This document shows positions 1-9,859 of a stretch of DNA of 64,000 nucleotides, one piece after another. Position 1 is the stretch's first letter. Each line of letters opens with the position of its first letter. Origin of the DNA: an uncultured Acidobacteriota bacterium (GTDB lineage: Bacteria > Acidobacteriota > Terriglobia > Terriglobales > Acidobacteriaceae); NCBI GenBank assembly GCA_963744615.1, contig CAVUUE010000003.1:566923-630922 (forward strand), in the 5' to 3' direction. Below the pieces are notes generated by a model, which was not told the origin of the DNA, did no database searches, and saw only the letters and a program-made list of their open reading frames with translations. A program made the translations under genes and the position numbers.

Positions 1-527
1 TCGGCGAGTTCCGCATGATCGCCTATGAGAGTGAAGTCGACGGCGGCGAAAGCCACATCGCCCTCGTGCGTGGAGACGTCGCCGCCACCGACGAGCCCGT
101 GCTGGTGCGCGTCCATACTCACTGCCTGGCGGGAGATGTTTTCGGCACACCACTCTGCGATTGCCAGCAGATCGTCCGCCGCTCTCTGCAATTGATCGCG
201 GAAGCCGGTGCTGGCGCTCTCGTTTATCTGCACAACAACACCAAAGGCTTCGGAATCGACGCGAATCATCCCGCGCAACCGGGCAGTGCGCTCCCCCGGC
301 TCGTCTTCCACCGCGATCTGCGCGCACGTGAACGCAGCGAAGATCGTCAGCAGCGCACCCTTCGGCAAGTCGGATTAGGCGGTCAGATTTTATCGGATTT
401 AGAGATCCACAAGATCCGTCTGCTCACCAATACGCCCACCCATGTTCCCGCGCTTCAGGGCTTCAACGTAGAGATCGTCGAGCAGGTCCCCATCCCGTTA
501 GAGACAGCGCCGCTACCCGCGCGGTAG
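1..527 (+). CDS. GTP cyclohydrolase II-like domain, 5'-partial (probably the C-terminal half of a RibBA-type protein)
   Basis: The frame is open from nt 3 to the window edge. It has the 'VRVHTHCLAGDVFGTPLCDC' zinc-Cys motif and 'KIRLLTNTP'. The central QEGRGIG / YALQDxG-DTVEAN block is replaced (see findings). Confidence 0.7.
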   Translation, partial: GEFRMIAYESEVDGGESHIALVRGDVAATDEPVLVRVHTHCLAGDVFGTPLCDCQQIVRRSLQLIAEAGAGALVYLHNNTKGFGIDANHPAQPGSALPRLVFHRDLRARERSEDRQQRTLRQVGLGGQILSDLEIHKIRLLTNTPTHVPALQGFNVEIVEQVPIPLETAPLPAR

Positions 528-551
528 AAATGCTTCGGCCCAAACGACCAG

Positions 552-854
552 CTATTTTTTTTGCGATGCGTTGCGGGTATGCGGCTTGCTCCCAAGATCC
601 TGCCACCGCGTCTCGCTCATGTCCACGCCGAAGTGTTTGGCAGCTTCCTTGATGTTCGAAAAAGCCTGCTCGCGTTCGCTGTCGGAAACATCCTGCACCT
701 GATCGAATCGCGCGATTGCATTCCGCACATGCGAAGCATCCGTCATCGGCTCTTTCCGCTGCTTGGGGAATGCATACGCGGACTCCGGCAATTCTTTACG
801 GTCTTTCGCGTCGAGTTTTCCGTGTTCGGTGTGTGGCTTCCAGGTCGCTCTCAT
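552..854 (-). CDS. small DUF6582-like protein
   Basis: Internal ATG at 854 of ORF 552..938. 'KELPESAYAFPKQRKEPMTDASHVRNAIARFDQV' matches my recollection of the DUF6582 motif. Confidence 0.55.
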   Translation of the reverse strand: MRATWKPHTEHGKLDAKDRKELPESAYAFPKQRKEPMTDASHVRNAIARFDQVQDVSDSEREQAFSNIKEAAKHFGVDMSETRWQDLGSKPHTRNASQKK

Positions 855-918
855 ATCTCGTGGGATGAGGTCGAACCTGCTCGGGGCTGCTTCGCGCGAC
901 TGAAGGGCGCGCGGATGT

Positions 919-1617
919 CTACTGAATTCCCGCCCCAATCACCGGCGGCAATTGCGCCAGCCATCCGTGCTTTTCTAGATCCGCCTGCAGCGTTTCCGGG
1001 TCGCGAAACAGCAGCGCGTGCATTCCCACCTGTTGCGCGCCCTCGACGTTCTCGACCTTGTCATCCAAAAACAGCGTTTCTTCCGGCCGCACGCCCAGCT
1101 TCTCCAAGGTGTGTTCATAGATCGCCGCTTCCGGCTTCACCAGCTCCAGTTCGCACGACCAGGTCGTGTGGTTGAAATCCTGAAGCCACAGAAAATTCTT
1201 CCGCATGTGCGCCAGCAGGTCCTCGCCCATGTTCGACAGGATGCCGGTCTTCAACCCCATCCCCTGCACGCGCACCACCCAGTCCAGCATCACGGAATTT
1301 ACGCTCGCCCACAGCAGAACATCCTGCTCGATCAGCGCAACGATCTGGTCCGGAGTCAGGATCAGGCCAGTATCCCCGGCGATCGTCTGCCAGAAGGTCG
1401 TCCCATTCAACGTGCCGCGATCGTAATCCAGCCGGTGTTTCCAGTAGTGTTCGTCGAACACCTCCGGCGCCAGCCCGCTGATCTCCAGCAGCCGCGCCCG
1501 CGCCGCAGGCTCCGCCGGACCCGAAAGCACCAGGCCATAATCGAAGATCACCGCGCGCAGCTCGGTTGCTGCTTTCTCGTCCAAAGGTTTTTCCGCCGCT
1601 TGGTTGGGGAGCTTCAC
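919..1617 (-). CDS. HAD-superfamily hydrolase
   Basis: 'AVIFDYGLVL' (DxG/DxD-type motif I), 'GILSN' and 'LFLDDKVENVEGA' are HAD motifs. The GTG start at 1617 overlaps the tpiA stop (GTGA). The upstream part of ORF 919..1872 lies inside tpiA. Confidence 0.8.
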   Translation of the reverse strand: MKLPNQAAEKPLDEKAATELRAVIFDYGLVLSGPAEPAARARLLEISGLAPEVFDEHYWKHRLDYDRGTLNGTTFWQTIAGDTGLILTPDQIVALIEQDVLLWASVNSVMLDWVVRVQGMGLKTGILSNMGEDLLAHMRKNFLWLQDFNHTTWSCELELVKPEAAIYEHTLEKLGVRPEETLFLDDKVENVEGAQQVGMHALLFRDPETLQADLEKHGWLAQLPPVIGAGIQ

Positions 1618-2393
1618 TGGGCCGATTCCGCATCCAGAACGATCTTCGCAAATGAATTCGCATCGAGACTCGCACCGCCAACCAGCGCGCCATCGATCTC
1701 CGTCTGCGCCATCAGCGCCGCCGCGTTCTCCGGCTTCACACTGCCGCCGTACAAAATCCGCATCTTCTCCGCGATCCCGCCCCCCAGCGATCGGGCCACC
1801 TCGCTCCGGATCATCCGATGTGCTTCCGCCGCCATCTCCGGCGTGGCCGTCCTGCCCGTGCCAATCGCCCACACCGGCTCATACGCAATCACGATTGTGT
1901 GTGCAAGCTCCGGCCCAACATTCGCTAACCCGGCAGAGGTCTGCCGCAGCAGCACTTCTTCCGTCGCGCCGGCTTCACGTTCCGCCAGCAGTTCGCCCAC
2001 GCAAACAATGGGAGTGAGTCTATGTTTCAAAGCCGCGTGCAGTTTCCGGTTAACCGTCTCATCCGTCTCGCCGAAAAACTGGCGTCGCTCGGAGTGCCCA
2101 AGAATCACATGCGTACACCCTGCCGCCACCAGCATCGCCGCGGAAATCTCGCCCGTAAACGCGCCTTCCTCCTGCCAGTGCATGTTCTGCCCGCCCACGC
2201 AGACGCCGCTGCCCTCAGCGCTATTCACGACCGCCGCGATATCGACGAACGACGGGCAGAGAACGATCTCTGTCCGCGCATGGCCCTTCACCAGCGGCAG
2301 AAACGCCGCCACAAATTCCTTCGCCTGGTCCGGCGTCTTGTACATCTTCCAGTTGGCTGCGATCAAAGGGGTGCGGGTTATGCGAGCGTTCAA
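1614..2393 (-). CDS. tpiA: triose-phosphate isomerase
   Basis: 'IAANWKMY', 'ILGHSERR', '[11 protein letters not shown]' and 'ILYGGSV' are present. The TTG start overlaps the pgk stop (TTGA). Confidence 0.95.
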   Translation of the reverse strand: MNARITRTPLIAANWKMYKTPDQAKEFVAAFLPLVKGHARTEIVLCPSFVDIAAVVNSAEGSGVCVGGQNMHWQEEGAFTGEISAAMLVAAGCTHVILGHSERRQFFGETDETVNRKLHAALKHRLTPIVCVGELLAEREAGATEEVLLRQTSAGLANVGPELAHTIVIAYEPVWAIGTGRTATPEMAAEAHRMIRSEVARSLGGGIAEKMRILYGGSVKPENAAALMAQTEIDGALVGGASLDANSFAKIVLDAESAQ

Positions 2394-3610
2394 GCAGTCT
2401 TCTCCGTCAGGGCTTCCACGCCCGGTAGTTTCTTTCCTTCTAGAAATTCAAGCGAAGCGCCGCCACCGGTCGAAATGTGTGTGATCTTGTCGGCAACTCC
2501 AGCCGCCTGCACCGCCGCGACAGAATCTCCGCCGCCCACGATCGAGGTGGCAAGCTGGTTGTCCGCCACCGCCTGTGCCACCTGCATCGTTCCGTGCGCA
2601 AACGCCGGCATCTCGAAAACACCCATCGGCCCGTTCCACACGATCGTCCGCGCCTTCGCAATCTCATCGACAAACAGATCCACCGTCTTCGGCCCAATGT
2701 CGAGCGCCATCCACTCCGCCGGAAAATTCTCATCCCCGGAGAATTTCTGCGTGCGCGCGTCGGCCGAAAACTTGTCCGCCAGAATATGATCGACCGGCAG
2801 CAGAAAGCGTACCCCGCGTTGCTCCGCCGTGCGCATTGCCTCGCGCGCCACATCCAGCTTGTCGGCCTCCAGCAGCGACTTGCCCACGTCCTGCCCACGG
2901 GCTTTCAAAAATGTGTAGGCCATCCCTCCGCCGATCAGCAGCGCATCCACCTTGCCCAGCAGGTTCTCAATCACTTGGATTTTGTCCGAAACCTTCGCCC
3001 CGCCCAGGATCGCAATAAACGGTTTATCCGGCTCGCTCAGTGCTTTGCCCAGATACGTCAGCTCTTTTTCCATCAGCAGCCCGGCAGCCGACTGCGCAAC
3101 AAAATGCGTGATCCCCTCCGTCGAAGCATGCGCCCGGTGCGCGCTGCCAAATGCGTCATTCACGTACAGATCGCAAAGCTTCGCCAGTTGTTTCGCGAAC
3201 GCCGGGTCGTTCTTTTCTTCCCCGGCATGGAAGCGCAGATTTTCCAGCAGCAGCACCTGCCCGGACTCAAGCTGGCGCGCCGTTTCCTCCGCCGTCTCGC
3301 CCACGCAGTCCGGCGAAAACCCCACATTCACCGACTCGCCCAGATGATGATCCAGCAACTGCCGCAGCCGATCGACCACCGGCCGCAGACTCATCGCCGG
3401 ATTTGGCTTTCCCTTCGGACGCCCCAGGTGCGAAGCAAGAATCACCTTCGCCCGGCGGCGCAGCGCATATTCAAGCGTCGGCAGCGTCTCGCGTATGCGG
3501 GTGTCATCCATGATCTGGGTGCCGTCCTCAGAAAGAGGAACGTTGAAATCCACCCGGATCAGAACATGCTTGTGTTCCAGAGAGAGGTCGCGAATCGATA
3601 GTTTTGGCAT
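2390..3610 (-). CDS. pgk: phosphoglycerate kinase
   Basis: '[11 protein letters not shown]', 'ASHLGRPKG' and '[14 protein letters not shown]' are present. ATG at 3610 ('MPKLSIRDL'). The upstream extension to 3727 lacks homology-like sequence. Confidence 0.95.
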   Translation of the reverse strand: MPKLSIRDLSLEHKHVLIRVDFNVPLSEDGTQIMDDTRIRETLPTLEYALRRRAKVILASHLGRPKGKPNPAMSLRPVVDRLRQLLDHHLGESVNVGFSPDCVGETAEETARQLESGQVLLLENLRFHAGEEKNDPAFAKQLAKLCDLYVNDAFGSAHRAHASTEGITHFVAQSAAGLLMEKELTYLGKALSEPDKPFIAILGGAKVSDKIQVIENLLGKVDALLIGGGMAYTFLKARGQDVGKSLLEADKLDVAREAMRTAEQRGVRFLLPVDHILADKFSADARTQKFSGDENFPAEWMALDIGPKTVDLFVDEIAKARTIVWNGPMGVFEMPAFAHGTMQVAQAVADNQLATSIVGGGDSVAAVQAAGVADKITHISTGGGASLEFLEGKKLPGVEALTEKTA

Positions 3611-3742
3611 TGGACATGAACTGTGAAACAGGATTGATTGGTGGTGTTCAGGATCTGCGGTTGGGCTTCCGACGTTTTCCTGCGCGACACGCTGGCGGCA
3701 CAGGATCTGAGCGTTGCTTACAACCAACCCCAGAGAATTGGT

Positions 3743-4093
3743 TTACTGATTTTGAGGTTCTCCCGCAGTCGCTTTCTCCTGGTCCTGCAAAGCCTTATCC
3801 TGTTGCTTTTTCGCTTTTGACCGCGCCTTATCTGTCTTTGCGTTGTCTGAAGCCAGCTTTGCGTTCGACCTAGCTGCCTTCTCTTCCTTCTTTTGCTGCT
3901 TCCGCTGTCGCTTCAAATCGGACTTTGTCATTGATTCCGACGAAGTGTCCGACGTTGGTGAAGACGTTGGTGAAGAGGTCGTGGTAGTTGTGGTCGTTGT
4001 TGCGCCCGGCGTAGATTCCTGCGCCTGCAAGCTGAAAACCCCGATCAGTACCAGGGCTACGAAAGTAAGAATTGAATGCTGCCACTGTTTCAT
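3743..4093 (-). CDS. hypothetical secreted protein (signal peptide, Thr/Ser-rich linker, Lys/Gln-rich tail)
   Basis: ATG at 4093 gives 'MKQWQHSILTFVALVLIGVFSLQAQ', which looks like a signal peptide. It is followed by a T8 run and a K/Q/A-rich charged C-terminus. Confidence 0.5.
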   Translation of the reverse strand: MKQWQHSILTFVALVLIGVFSLQAQESTPGATTTTTTTTSSPTSSPTSDTSSESMTKSDLKRQRKQQKKEEKAARSNAKLASDNAKTDKARSKAKKQQDKALQDQEKATAGEPQNQ

Positions 4094-4500
4094 TGAATGT
4101 TGCTCCTTTGCCCATTTTACAGAGATTATCGCGGCGGCGACGCCGGCTCCATTGTTGAGAAATCTCTCTTGCCCTTCATATCTGATTCGGCGCAAATTGC
4201 ACGAGTTATCTCCGAGGCCAACTCGCCCGCGAAACAGCTGCATCCAACCTCTTTACATGCGCGGAGTTCGAGAAGAAACAATCCAGATTGGACCGGTTGG
4301 CGTACTCGTACTGGAGGACTCTGGCCTGTTTCCATCCCGCCTCTGACCCGCTCCACTCTATTCGAGTCGAATCGCGCATCATTCTCCCTCCCGGTGACGG
4401 CTCCATCTATCCACCAGCAACCCTGCGGCTCGACCGCCGGACACTTCCAGCGGAGGGCGTTCCGTGTCTTCCAATAAACCGAACTCAAAAGGGATCTTCA

Positions 4501-5382
4501 ATGAAAAACAGCGAGCAAGATAACGCAACACCCGTGACTGAATCAACCATCAATCGCCGAGCCTTCGTCAAAGGCGCTGGCTTCACCGGCCTCGGATTGG
4601 CAGGGGCCGCACTGGTCGGCGGCAAACTCGGCGTTCTCGACAATGCACCCGGGGCGAAGGCGCTGGGCATCAACCCAACTTCAGTCAATGCCGCCGCTCT
4701 CACTGACGCGGATATTCTCAACTTCGCGCTGAACCTGGAATACCTGGAAGCGGAATTCTATTCCATCGCTGTGACCGGCAAGAGGCTTTCGGCCTTCGGA
4801 ATCGGCGAGACCGGTGTCGGAGACTACGGTCCGACAACGGGCGGCATGAAGGTCGACTTGAGTCCCTACAGACTGGAAGCTGCAAGCCTCTACAATATTG
4901 CCTACGAGATCATGGTCGACGAGCAGACCCACGTCAAAGATCTGCGTGCCGCACTTGGAAGCGCCGCCGTTGCTAAGCCTGCCATCAACCTGGATGCGTT
5001 GGGAATCGGATTCGCCAACTTCCAACAATTCCTCGTGCTGTCCCGTGCATTCGAAGATACAGGCGTCTCCGCCTACGGTGGTGCCGCGCCATTGATCAGC
5101 AGCAAAGCCTACCTCAGCGCGGCCGTGCGCATCGGGTTGGTCGAGGCCTACCACGCCGCGAACATCCGCCTGCTGCTGGCGGAAACCAACACACCAACCA
5201 TGAAGCTGGATGGCCAGGATGTCCTTCCACCGCCGTCCGGAAGCCAGTACTTCACCGACAATGCCGAAGCGATGGCCATCGTTCGCACGCCGGCCGAGGT
5301 GCTCAACATTGTCTACCACGGAGGCACATGCTCGGGCGGCTTCTTCCCCAACGGGGTGAATGGCACGATCCGTTGCCAGTAA
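4501..5382 (+). CDS. ferritin-like domain protein with twin-arginine signal
   Basis: 'INRRAFVKGAGFTGLGLAGAA' is a Tat-type signal. 'DILNFALNLEYLEAEFY' is typical of the Ferritin_2 family. Confidence 0.8.
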   Translation: MKNSEQDNATPVTESTINRRAFVKGAGFTGLGLAGAALVGGKLGVLDNAPGAKALGINPTSVNAAALTDADILNFALNLEYLEAEFYSIAVTGKRLSAFGIGETGVGDYGPTTGGMKVDLSPYRLEAASLYNIAYEIMVDEQTHVKDLRAALGSAAVAKPAINLDALGIGFANFQQFLVLSRAFEDTGVSAYGGAAPLISSKAYLSAAVRIGLVEAYHAANIRLLLAETNTPTMKLDGQDVLPPPSGSQYFTDNAEAMAIVRTPAEVLNIVYHGGTCSGGFFPNGVNGTIRCQ

Positions 5383-5403
5383 TGGAGCGATAGGCTGAGA
5401 ATG

Positions 5404-5440
5404 GCGCGAGCTTTCGAATTGGAAGTTCGCGCATTTTTCT
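5404..5440 (+). terminator. putative Rho-independent terminator after the ferritin-like gene
   Basis: GCGCGA (5404-5409) pairs with TCGCGC (5427-5432), followed by a TTTTT run at 5434-5438. Confidence 0.4.
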
Positions 5441-5480
5441 GGCCACCTGCGCGGGTACTAATGGAAGGATCGTTCTGAAT

Positions 5481-6443
5481 CTACTGTTTTGTATCCAGAG
5501 GGTGTTGGGCTTCTTGATAGAACTGGTTCTGTAGCTGAAGGCTGGTTCCATCCGCGCGCACCGCACGGATGACCCCAGCGATGTCGCTGGCCCACGCCTT
5601 CATATCCATCTGACCCAGTTTTAAATTGGCGTAGCTCGCATCGCCGGCGTAGTGGTTGGGGAACTTCGCATACCACCAGATGCCGGTGTAAACGCCGTTG
5701 GGGAGATGCAGCCTGTTCTGGTCAGCGCCGGATTCCTGTCCAACGCGATTCATCCGCAGCAGGTCGGGACGCGCGACCATCGTGTGTGCAGTCTCCGACT
5801 CTCCGGCGTGCATATCCACCTTGTCCTTCTCAGTGGGACGTCCCGGTTCGTCGTGCTCCCACCAGTAGATGTAGACGACATAGTCGTGCGGACGATCCAA
5901 TTGCGATTGCGCGAAGTAGGGAAGGAAATCCTCATTTCCTCCATGCCCGTTCACAATGACGATTTTCTTGCAGCCGTTGCGCCCCATTTCGTCCGCGGTT
6001 GCCTGCAGTAACTCCATTTGCAAGTGCGCTGAATACGACACGGTGCCCGGCTGGTGACGCGCCTCCGCAATCTGGCCAAAGTAGTAGGGCGGAAAGACGA
6101 CCGCGTATTCCTGTTGCACCGCGCGAAGCGAAGCATAGCGAACGTTGATCAGGTCCGTTCCCAGCGGCAAGTGCGTGCCATGCTTCTCAATTATGCCGAA
6201 GGGCAGCAGGCACACGCCCTGTGCCTGCTGGATGGCGCGAATGAAATCCGGCCCAGTCAACTCTTCCCATTTGGCGGATAGCTTGGCCCCGCTAGGCGCT
6301 GGTTGGGAAGACTGGCTCCAGGCAATCTCAGCCGCCCCCGCGAAAAACAGCAGCAGAGCAAAACAGGCCAGGGTACGAAGTAAGACATGGACGTTTCGCG
6401 AAGATCGCCATTCTCGCAAATGACACTGGAATGCATTCCTCAT
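5481..6443 (-). CDS. creatininase-family amidohydrolase with N-terminal signal sequence
   Basis: 'FGIIEKHGTHLPLGTD' and 'VNGHGGN' are creatininase-family motifs. The N-terminus 'LLRTLACFALLLFFAGAAEIAWSQ' is hydrophobic. Confidence 0.85.
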   Translation of the reverse strand: MRNAFQCHLREWRSSRNVHVLLRTLACFALLLFFAGAAEIAWSQSSQPAPSGAKLSAKWEELTGPDFIRAIQQAQGVCLLPFGIIEKHGTHLPLGTDLINVRYASLRAVQQEYAVVFPPYYFGQIAEARHQPGTVSYSAHLQMELLQATADEMGRNGCKKIVIVNGHGGNEDFLPYFAQSQLDRPHDYVVYIYWWEHDEPGRPTEKDKVDMHAGESETAHTMVARPDLLRMNRVGQESGADQNRLHLPNGVYTGIWWYAKFPNHYAGDASYANLKLGQMDMKAWASDIAGVIRAVRADGTSLQLQNQFYQEAQHPLDTKQ

Positions 6444-6467
6444 GAGATCACCCGTTGTCCGAACAGT

Positions 6468-6842
6468 CTAGATTGGCAGCACCGCGTCCGCTTCAATTTC
6501 TATGCGCCATTTTGGATTGAGAAGTTGTGCCACGACGACCATAGTAGCCGCCGGACGTATTGCGCCGAAAAACTCACCGTGCACACGCCCCACTTCCTCC
6601 CAGTCCTCGGCCCGGGTCAGGTACATGCGCGTGCGAACCACGTCTTCCAGGCTCGCCCCGGCACGCTCCAGCACATCCCGAATAATCGTCAGCACATGAC
6701 GCGTCTGCCCCGCGGCGTCCGCCTCGTCCGCGCCCACAGGTCCCGTTCCCGAAACGTGAACAGCACTGCCAATCCGCACCGCGCGAGAGAACCCGATGAT
6801 CGGCTCATACGGAGACGAGCCTGAAATATTTTCGCGTGTCAT
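6468..6842 (-). CDS. RidA/YjgF-family protein
   Basis: ATG at 6842. 'GSAVHVSGTGP', 'DVVRTRMYL' and 'IEIEADAV' match the RidA fold pattern. Confidence 0.85.
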   Translation of the reverse strand: MTRENISGSSPYEPIIGFSRAVRIGSAVHVSGTGPVGADEADAAGQTRHVLTIIRDVLERAGASLEDVVRTRMYLTRAEDWEEVGRVHGEFFGAIRPAATMVVVAQLLNPKWRIEIEADAVLPI

Positions 6843-6880
6843 AAAAAAGTCCAGAGAGAAGAAAATCCAGAGAGGAACCG

Positions 6881-6912
6881 GGGTGCCCCAGGTCTCGCTG
6901 TTGAGACCTGGG
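6881..6912 (+). repeat. GGGTGCCCCA-family hairpin repeat, copy 1
   Basis: GGGTG followed by CCCAGGTCTC gctgtt GAGACCTGGG, a perfect 10-bp stem. It lies between the RidA-like gene and the gap stop codon. Confidence 0.8.
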
Positions 6913-6930
6913 TTCAAGCGCTGCGCTAAT

Positions 6931-7965
<1,035 letters not shown>

Positions 7966-8062
7966 TCAACGCAGAGTTATTCCCTCAATTGTACGTGACC
8001 GGAACAGGAATCCATGGCGCGCGAGCAATGCGTGCGCCCAGTTTCGCGAAGCCACTGTCTTG

Positions 8063-8110
8063 GGTGACAGGTCTTCGTGCGAGCGGTAGGAAGCTAACCT
8101 GAGTCTTTCG
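8063..8110 (+). repeat. 45-nt repeat (AGGTCTTCGT..GGAAGCT.ACCTG.GTCTT), copy a
   Basis: About 80% identical by eye to 8606..8650. It overlaps the last codons and the stop of the 8094..8534 gene. Confidence 0.6.
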
Positions 8111-8534
8111 TCTTCCCGTTTAGAGCCGCGTCCTTCTTCGTCTGGTCAATCGCGATCTCGACATTCTCATGCTTGATCTCAAGCCGAAGCCGATTGAACC
8201 CGCTCATATAAACATTCGCCACCCACACCAGCGCGAACCACGCGATCAAATACCCGCGCCATCCGTAATAAAGCAGTTGAAACCGCGTGATGATCAGAAA
8301 AAACAGCGTGACGTAATGGCTGAAACAGTATTCGCAAGTAAACAAATAGAAAAACTTGCGAACCGGTAAGTGCGGACATTCCCGGCTGCGCCGCTGGCAC
8401 CACTCCCGAGGCTCGCGAAAAACCTCCTCGTGCGTAATCGTCCACGACACACACGCAATCGGAATCGCCAGCAGCACAAGATAAGCAAATTGGTGCGAAA
8501 GCAGATCCGGCATAAAAGTAGGATGCAAGCTCAA
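8094..8534 (-). CDS. hypothetical integral membrane protein (possibly DUF1360-like)
   Basis: It has three to four hydrophobic helices and a Cys-containing loop, 'CPHLPVRKFFYLFTCEYCFSH'. The family assignment is tentative. Confidence 0.55.
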   Translation of the reverse strand: MSLHPTFMPDLLSHQFAYLVLLAIPIACVSWTITHEEVFREPREWCQRRSRECPHLPVRKFFYLFTCEYCFSHYVTLFFLIITRFQLLYYGWRGYLIAWFALVWVANVYMSGFNRLRLEIKHENVEIAIDQTKKDAALNGKTKDSG

Positions 8535-8571
8535 TTACGGTAGCAGGAAATCGGACAGGTCGGCGGGAAGC

Positions 8572-8650
8572 GGGTGCCCAGGTGCGCCTGGCCCGGGATC
8601 CCGGCGAGAGGTCTTCGTCGCTGGGGTGGGAAGCTCACCTGGGTCTTCGC
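8572..8650 (+). repeat. composite repeat: GGGTGCCCAGGTG arm, internal 12-nt palindrome, 45-nt repeat copy b, closing CACCTGGG
   Basis: CCCAGGTG (8577-8584) pairs with CACCTGGG (8636-8643). CCGGGATCCCGG is a perfect palindrome at 8592-8603. Confidence 0.6.
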
Positions 8651-8742
8651 GACACAGCAAGCCTCGGCATGATAGCGGGTCTTAACTCCACACAGATCCT
8701 AAAAGTTTGCAGCCAATGCTGTCAATGTGTTACAAGCGCATC

Positions 8743-9735
8743 ATGCGCGATTGGGTGCGCGAAAAACTAATGAGACGTCGCAAGAAGCCGGTGACCAATG
8801 AATCCGAGTCAACCGGAAAGATTGGTCACGAGATTCCGCAGGACCAGCCAACGCCCCTCCAACCGTCCTATCCTCAACCGCTCGAGACGGAGGATACGGC
8901 GAGAATCCCAACTCGACCCGACCACGACGCCGACGTCTATAGCGATATAGCCGATACCCCCGCGTCCTCCCAGGCGGAGCACGCGCCCGCAACCTCGTCC
9001 GAACCTGAACCCGTACCTGAACCCGGCAGCCGCCAGCCCGGCCGCTCCGCGGGCCAGTCCGGGAATCGCGGTCGCAACCGGGGCCGCAACCGTTCCGACA
9101 ACAGATCCAGAGACGCGCGCCCGTCTGCTCCCTCCGGCCCGGAACAAGACAGCTCCGGGTCAGACAGCGGGGAACCGACACTCGTCCACGAAACCCAGCC
9201 CGACTCCCTGGCCCAGCCCCCGGCTCCGTTAGAGCCCGCGAAATCCCCCAAGGGATACGTGGTGCTCGCCATCGGCCTGCCCGGTTCCGGAAAAACCACC
9301 TGGTTCAAGCGCCGCGGCGTCACTCCGTTATCGAGCGACATGCTGCGCAGCATTCTGTTCGACGACATCACCGAGCAGCGCTATCAGGGCCTTGTATTTT
9401 CAACGCTGCGCTCGCTCCTGCGCGCGCGGCTCATCGCGAAAATGCCCTGGAATTACGTGGACGCGACCAACCTTTCCCCGCACGAACGCCGCCAGTGGAT
9501 CAAGATGGCCCGCAGCTTCGGGTACGAAGTCCACGCCGTCTTTTTCGACGTGCCGTTCGAGATTTGCCGGGAGAGGAACATGCGCCGCGACCGCATGTTA
9601 AGTGAAGAGGACATGGCCAAAATGCAGGAACGCCTCCGTCCACCTTCCTTCAAGGAAGGCTTTCACAAAATCACCGTAGTACGCGTAAAAAATGGCGCCG
9701 CAACCCCATCGGAAGCCTACAACTCCGAGCAATAG
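8743..9735 (+). CDS. P-loop kinase (AAA_33 / polynucleotide-kinase-like) with a ~190-aa disordered Pro/Ser/Arg-rich N-terminus
   Basis: Walker A 'GLPGSGKTTW' is followed by a compact kinase-like domain. The start is uncertain: in-frame candidates are at 8707, 8716, 8725, 8743 and 8770. Confidence 0.7.
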   Translation: MRDWVREKLMRRRKKPVTNESESTGKIGHEIPQDQPTPLQPSYPQPLETEDTARIPTRPDHDADVYSDIADTPASSQAEHAPATSSEPEPVPEPGSRQPGRSAGQSGNRGRNRGRNRSDNRSRDARPSAPSGPEQDSSGSDSGEPTLVHETQPDSLAQPPAPLEPAKSPKGYVVLAIGLPGSGKTTWFKRRGVTPLSSDMLRSILFDDITEQRYQGLVFSTLRSLLRARLIAKMPWNYVDATNLSPHERRQWIKMARSFGYEVHAVFFDVPFEICRERNMRRDRMLSEEDMAKMQERLRPPSFKEGFHKITVVRVKNGAATPSEAYNSEQ

Positions 9736-9759
9736 ACTCGTGCATCAAGCAAAGATAAA

Positions 9760-9786
9760 GGGCCGCGCCAGTCGCGGCCCTTTTCT
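9760..9786 (+). terminator. Rho-independent terminator
   Basis: GGGCCGCG ccagt CGCGGCCC followed by TTTTCTG, 25 nt after the stop at 9735. Confidence 0.65.
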
Positions 9787-9802
9787 GCGGACAAATTGAT
9801 CT

Positions 9803-9834
9803 GTCATTCTGAGCGACGCGAAGAACCTCGCGTT
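9803..9834 (+). repeat. intergenic repeat-like sequence 'GTCATTCTGAGCGACGCGAAGAACCTCGCG'
   Basis: It contains a CGCGA/TCGCG hairpin. By eye it resembles the element at 41535..41604 (GTCATCCCGACCGAAACGCAGCGAA...). Confidence 0.35.
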
Positions 9835-9859
9835 TTATAGAATCACAACGAGGCCCCCG

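Noticed and set aside
8049-8075. 'GCCACTG' plus a nearby hairpin as a cobalamin riboswitch fragment.
   Set aside because: No other B12-box elements are present, there is no downstream + strand gene to regulate, and the sequence belongs to the 45-nt repeat.
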